The position numbers were made by a program, and so were the translations under genes. A stretch of DNA of 64,000 nucleotides from Lytechinus pictus (taxonomy: Eukaryota): positions 13,780,233 through 13,844,232 of the forward strand of contig NC_087246.1 in assembly GCF_037042905.1 (NCBI RefSeq), read 5' to 3'. Shown here one piece after another: positions 63,601-64,000 of the stretch. Under the pieces are notes generated by a model. It searched no databases. It saw only the letters and a program-made list of their open reading frames with translations, and was not told the origin of the DNA. How positions within the stretch are numbered: position 1 is the first letter of the stretch; each line of letters begins with the position of its first letter.

Positions 63601-64000
63601 CACGGAATATTGCTAAATTTTACAATTCAATAATTTTGTTAATATTTCGTTCGATTTTGATTACATTTTCAGCATTTTGCTCGATGAAATTTACTTTTTA
63701 TTTTGATATAACTATTTCCATCCCGGTGTACCCCTTTGAGTAAGCGAATCAGCAACATGCTTGGGAAGTACTCTTACCACACTTAGTAAAAATGTGTACT
63801 TGTGCGAGGGGCGGGGACTGAAGTGGCTAACGCAAAGGCGAGATACATAGGCCTATTTTAAGTTACTCATTTTAAGCCAGTTTACTCCTATAGAGGAGGG
63901 GGGCGATGCAGCTCGCGCGGTTCGAGTTCGGATTATTTTTTCAAGGACAAGACATCATAATAATGTATCCCAGTATTAACGGCTGGCTACAAAATGTGCT

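Overview
This window is eukaryotic (metazoan) nuclear DNA, not prokaryotic: it is AT-rich, intron-dense with GT...AG splice sites, and full of MITEs, SINE-like elements and simple repeats. It carries three protein-coding genes. (1) The 5' part of an unconventional myosin gene on the minus strand, whose motor domain is spread over 15 or more exons from about 16493 down past coordinate 1. Its motifs ([101 protein letters not shown]) fit class XIX (MYO19-like) best. The class assignment rests on recalled motifs only. (2) A complete major vault protein gene (MVP) on the plus strand: 14 coding exons, ATG at 29980, TAG at 39654-39656, 858 aa, collinear with human MVP from the N-terminal repeat domains to the cap-helix. 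(3) A previously uncharacterised gene on the minus strand that converges on MVP: CDS about 60602 to 50076, at least 4 exons, about 1150 aa. Its product is extremely Ser/Lys/Asp/Pro-rich and low-complexity, with a KKKRKRKKKKK basic cluster and a small structured-looking N-terminal segment. The non-coding space holds a CR1-like LINE 3' fragment, several MITE or foldback families, tRNA-derived SINE-like sequences, a degenerate satellite array, minisatellites, and an unusual density of G or C homopolymer tracts of 10 to 24 nt. I saw no rRNA, no bona fide tRNA gene, no CRISPR array and no prokaryotic operon. Coordinates are anchored on the supplied ORF track and should be accurate to within 1-2 nt.
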